In this document: in pieces, positions 37,065 through 38,024 of the stretch
Position numbering within the stretch: the stretch's first letter is position 1
Layout: every line of letters starts with the position of its first letter
Virus record (IMG/VR): IMGVR_UViG_3300049924_000050
Coordinates: 1-38,024 of that record
Reading direction: 5' to 3' (one strand)
From: a virus
Lineage: Duplodnaviria; Caudoviricetes
DNA length: 38,024 bases
The notes under the pieces: generated by a model
What the model saw: only the letters and a program-made list of their open reading frames with translations
Databases searched by the model: none
Told to the model about the DNA's origin: nothing
Position numbers and translations under genes: made by a program

Positions 37065-37421
37065 ATGAAAATCACACGATACACAAACCTAGCATTATTC
37101 AAATCTAAAGACGCACCAGAAAAAGCTAATGAAAAAAATCCTTACTACGATTTATCTGCAAAAGAAAACAAAGATGCAACTGTAAAGATTTATCCTGGAA
37201 AGTTTTGGTTCAAGAAGACAGAGACTGGATTAAATTACTTTTCAGGTAGTATGGCAGAAGCAAGAACTTGGGAAGGAAAGACTTATGAAGGTTATGTAAT
37301 TGTTTCAGTTAAAGAACTTGATGCACTTGAAGCTAAAGTAAGCACACCAGCAGTTGAAGGTAAAGGAATTGATATGTCAGAATTTACAGGTGAAGCTAAG
37401 ACAGAAGACATCCCTTTTTAG
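37065..37421 (+). CDS. Putative ssDNA-binding protein
   Basis: Follows erf; aromatic beta-rich core; acidic tail EDIPF. Confidence 0.55.
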   Translation: MKITRYTNLALFKSKDAPEKANEKNPYYDLSAKENKDATVKIYPGKFWFKKTETGLNYFSGSMAEARTWEGKTYEGYVIVSVKELDALEAKVSTPAVEGKGIDMSEFTGEAKTEDIPF

Positions 37422-37514
37422 TCACTCATCCACTACCATGTAACTACATAAAACAGACACCGTACGACTACTGTGGTGACTGTGCATTACATGAATGGGA
37501 ACAATCAATCTTAT

Positions 37515-37877
37515 ATGATCCTAACGTTACCAGCACAGCTGAACCCAATCTCTAGAAGAAAGGACAGAAGCGTAAAATTAAGCTATGAGACAAGAGAGCT
37601 TACTCCATCTGAGACAATGTCGCTTATGGCTCTTGAAGGAGCAGAAGGTTGGCTAATCTTTGCACCAACAGAGCATGAAGCAAGCGCACAAGAAATACCA
37701 GACGCTAAGCCAGAACTAGGACAGAAAACTGCAGCAGAAAGATTGAGAGCGGTTATCTATGTCCACTACAAGCAAGCAGTTGAAGACGGAAAGTATGTTG
37801 GACTTGCAGAAACATTTTACCAAGAGCAAATGTCTAAAGTAATAGAAGGTTACAAATTAAAAAACTTGCATGATTAA
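37515..37877 (+). CDS. Hypothetical protein
   Basis: Likely start MILTLP at 37515; KTAAERLRAVIY motif. Confidence 0.7.
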   Translation: MILTLPAQLNPISRRKDRSVKLSYETRELTPSETMSLMALEGAEGWLIFAPTEHEASAQEIPDAKPELGQKTAAERLRAVIYVHYKQAVEDGKYVGLAETFYQEQMSKVIEGYKLKNLHD

Positions 37878-37885
37878 AAAAACTT

Positions 37886-38024
37886 ATGAACGATAATATT
37901 TTACAACTTTTAAAAAGAGAATGGTGCAGGGGTCTAATTTTTGGTCAAAACATAAAATTAACTGACAAGTATACAGTAGAAGAACTTTATGAACACTATG
38001 ATAAATATTTAGAAGATAATGAAG
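37886..38024 (+). CDS. Hypothetical protein, runs off the window end
   Basis: Open frame MNDNILQLLKREW... to the last base. Confidence 0.5.
   Translation, partial: MNDNILQLLKREWCRGLIFGQNIKLTDKYTVEELYEHYDKYLEDNE

Larger units (their letters stand above)
1..38024 (+). mobile_element. Near-complete tailed phage genome (Caudoviricetes, podovirus-like)
   Basis: Contiguous terminase-portal-scaffold-capsid-tail-lysis-recombination modules and no host housekeeping genes. Confidence 0.95.

Noticed and set aside
37886-38024. Terminal ORF reading in frame into 3-131 as proof of circularity
   Set aside because: Frame agreement has a one-in-three chance, there is no terminal repeat, and 3-33 looks like promoter and leader
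1-38024. Alternative genetic code (stop-codon recoding)
   Set aside because: Core genes are full length in the standard code, and TGA and TAG end genes at sensible junctions

Overview
This 38-kb window is a complete or near-complete tailed dsDNA phage genome, probably podovirus-like: no tape-measure or sheath genes, but adaptor, nozzle-like and ejection-protein-like genes. It uses the standard code (TGA is a stop). Order on the + strand: small early ORFs, a membrane-anchored transglycosylase and an HNH nuclease; methyltransferase and HExxH protein; terS, terL, portal, scaffold, capsid; glycosyltransferase; adaptor; giant Thr/Ser/Gly-rich fibre; a four-gene sulfation cassette (HxGH adenylyltransferase, DUF2061-like membrane protein, APS kinase, sulfotransferase); further fibres, tail and ejection proteins; lysis genes. 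Then come a GC-rich island whose genes all have Shine-Dalgarno sites, about 1.45 kb of non-coding DNA that looks like an array of structured RNAs with DnaA boxes, and recombination genes (NinG, ERF, SSB-like). I found no integrase, polymerase, primase or helicase. The backbone lacks SD sites and uses leaderless starts and TAA-T-ATG coupling; a Patescibacteria (CPR) host is an inference only. Best candidates for new biology: (1) a virion-linked glycosylation/PAPS-sulfation system, (2) a small antisense RNA whose loop matches the translation-start regions of several distant genes, and (3) a shared late-promoter element, TGTVHTT, abutting the -10 box. All family calls come from motif recognition by eye; no searches were run.
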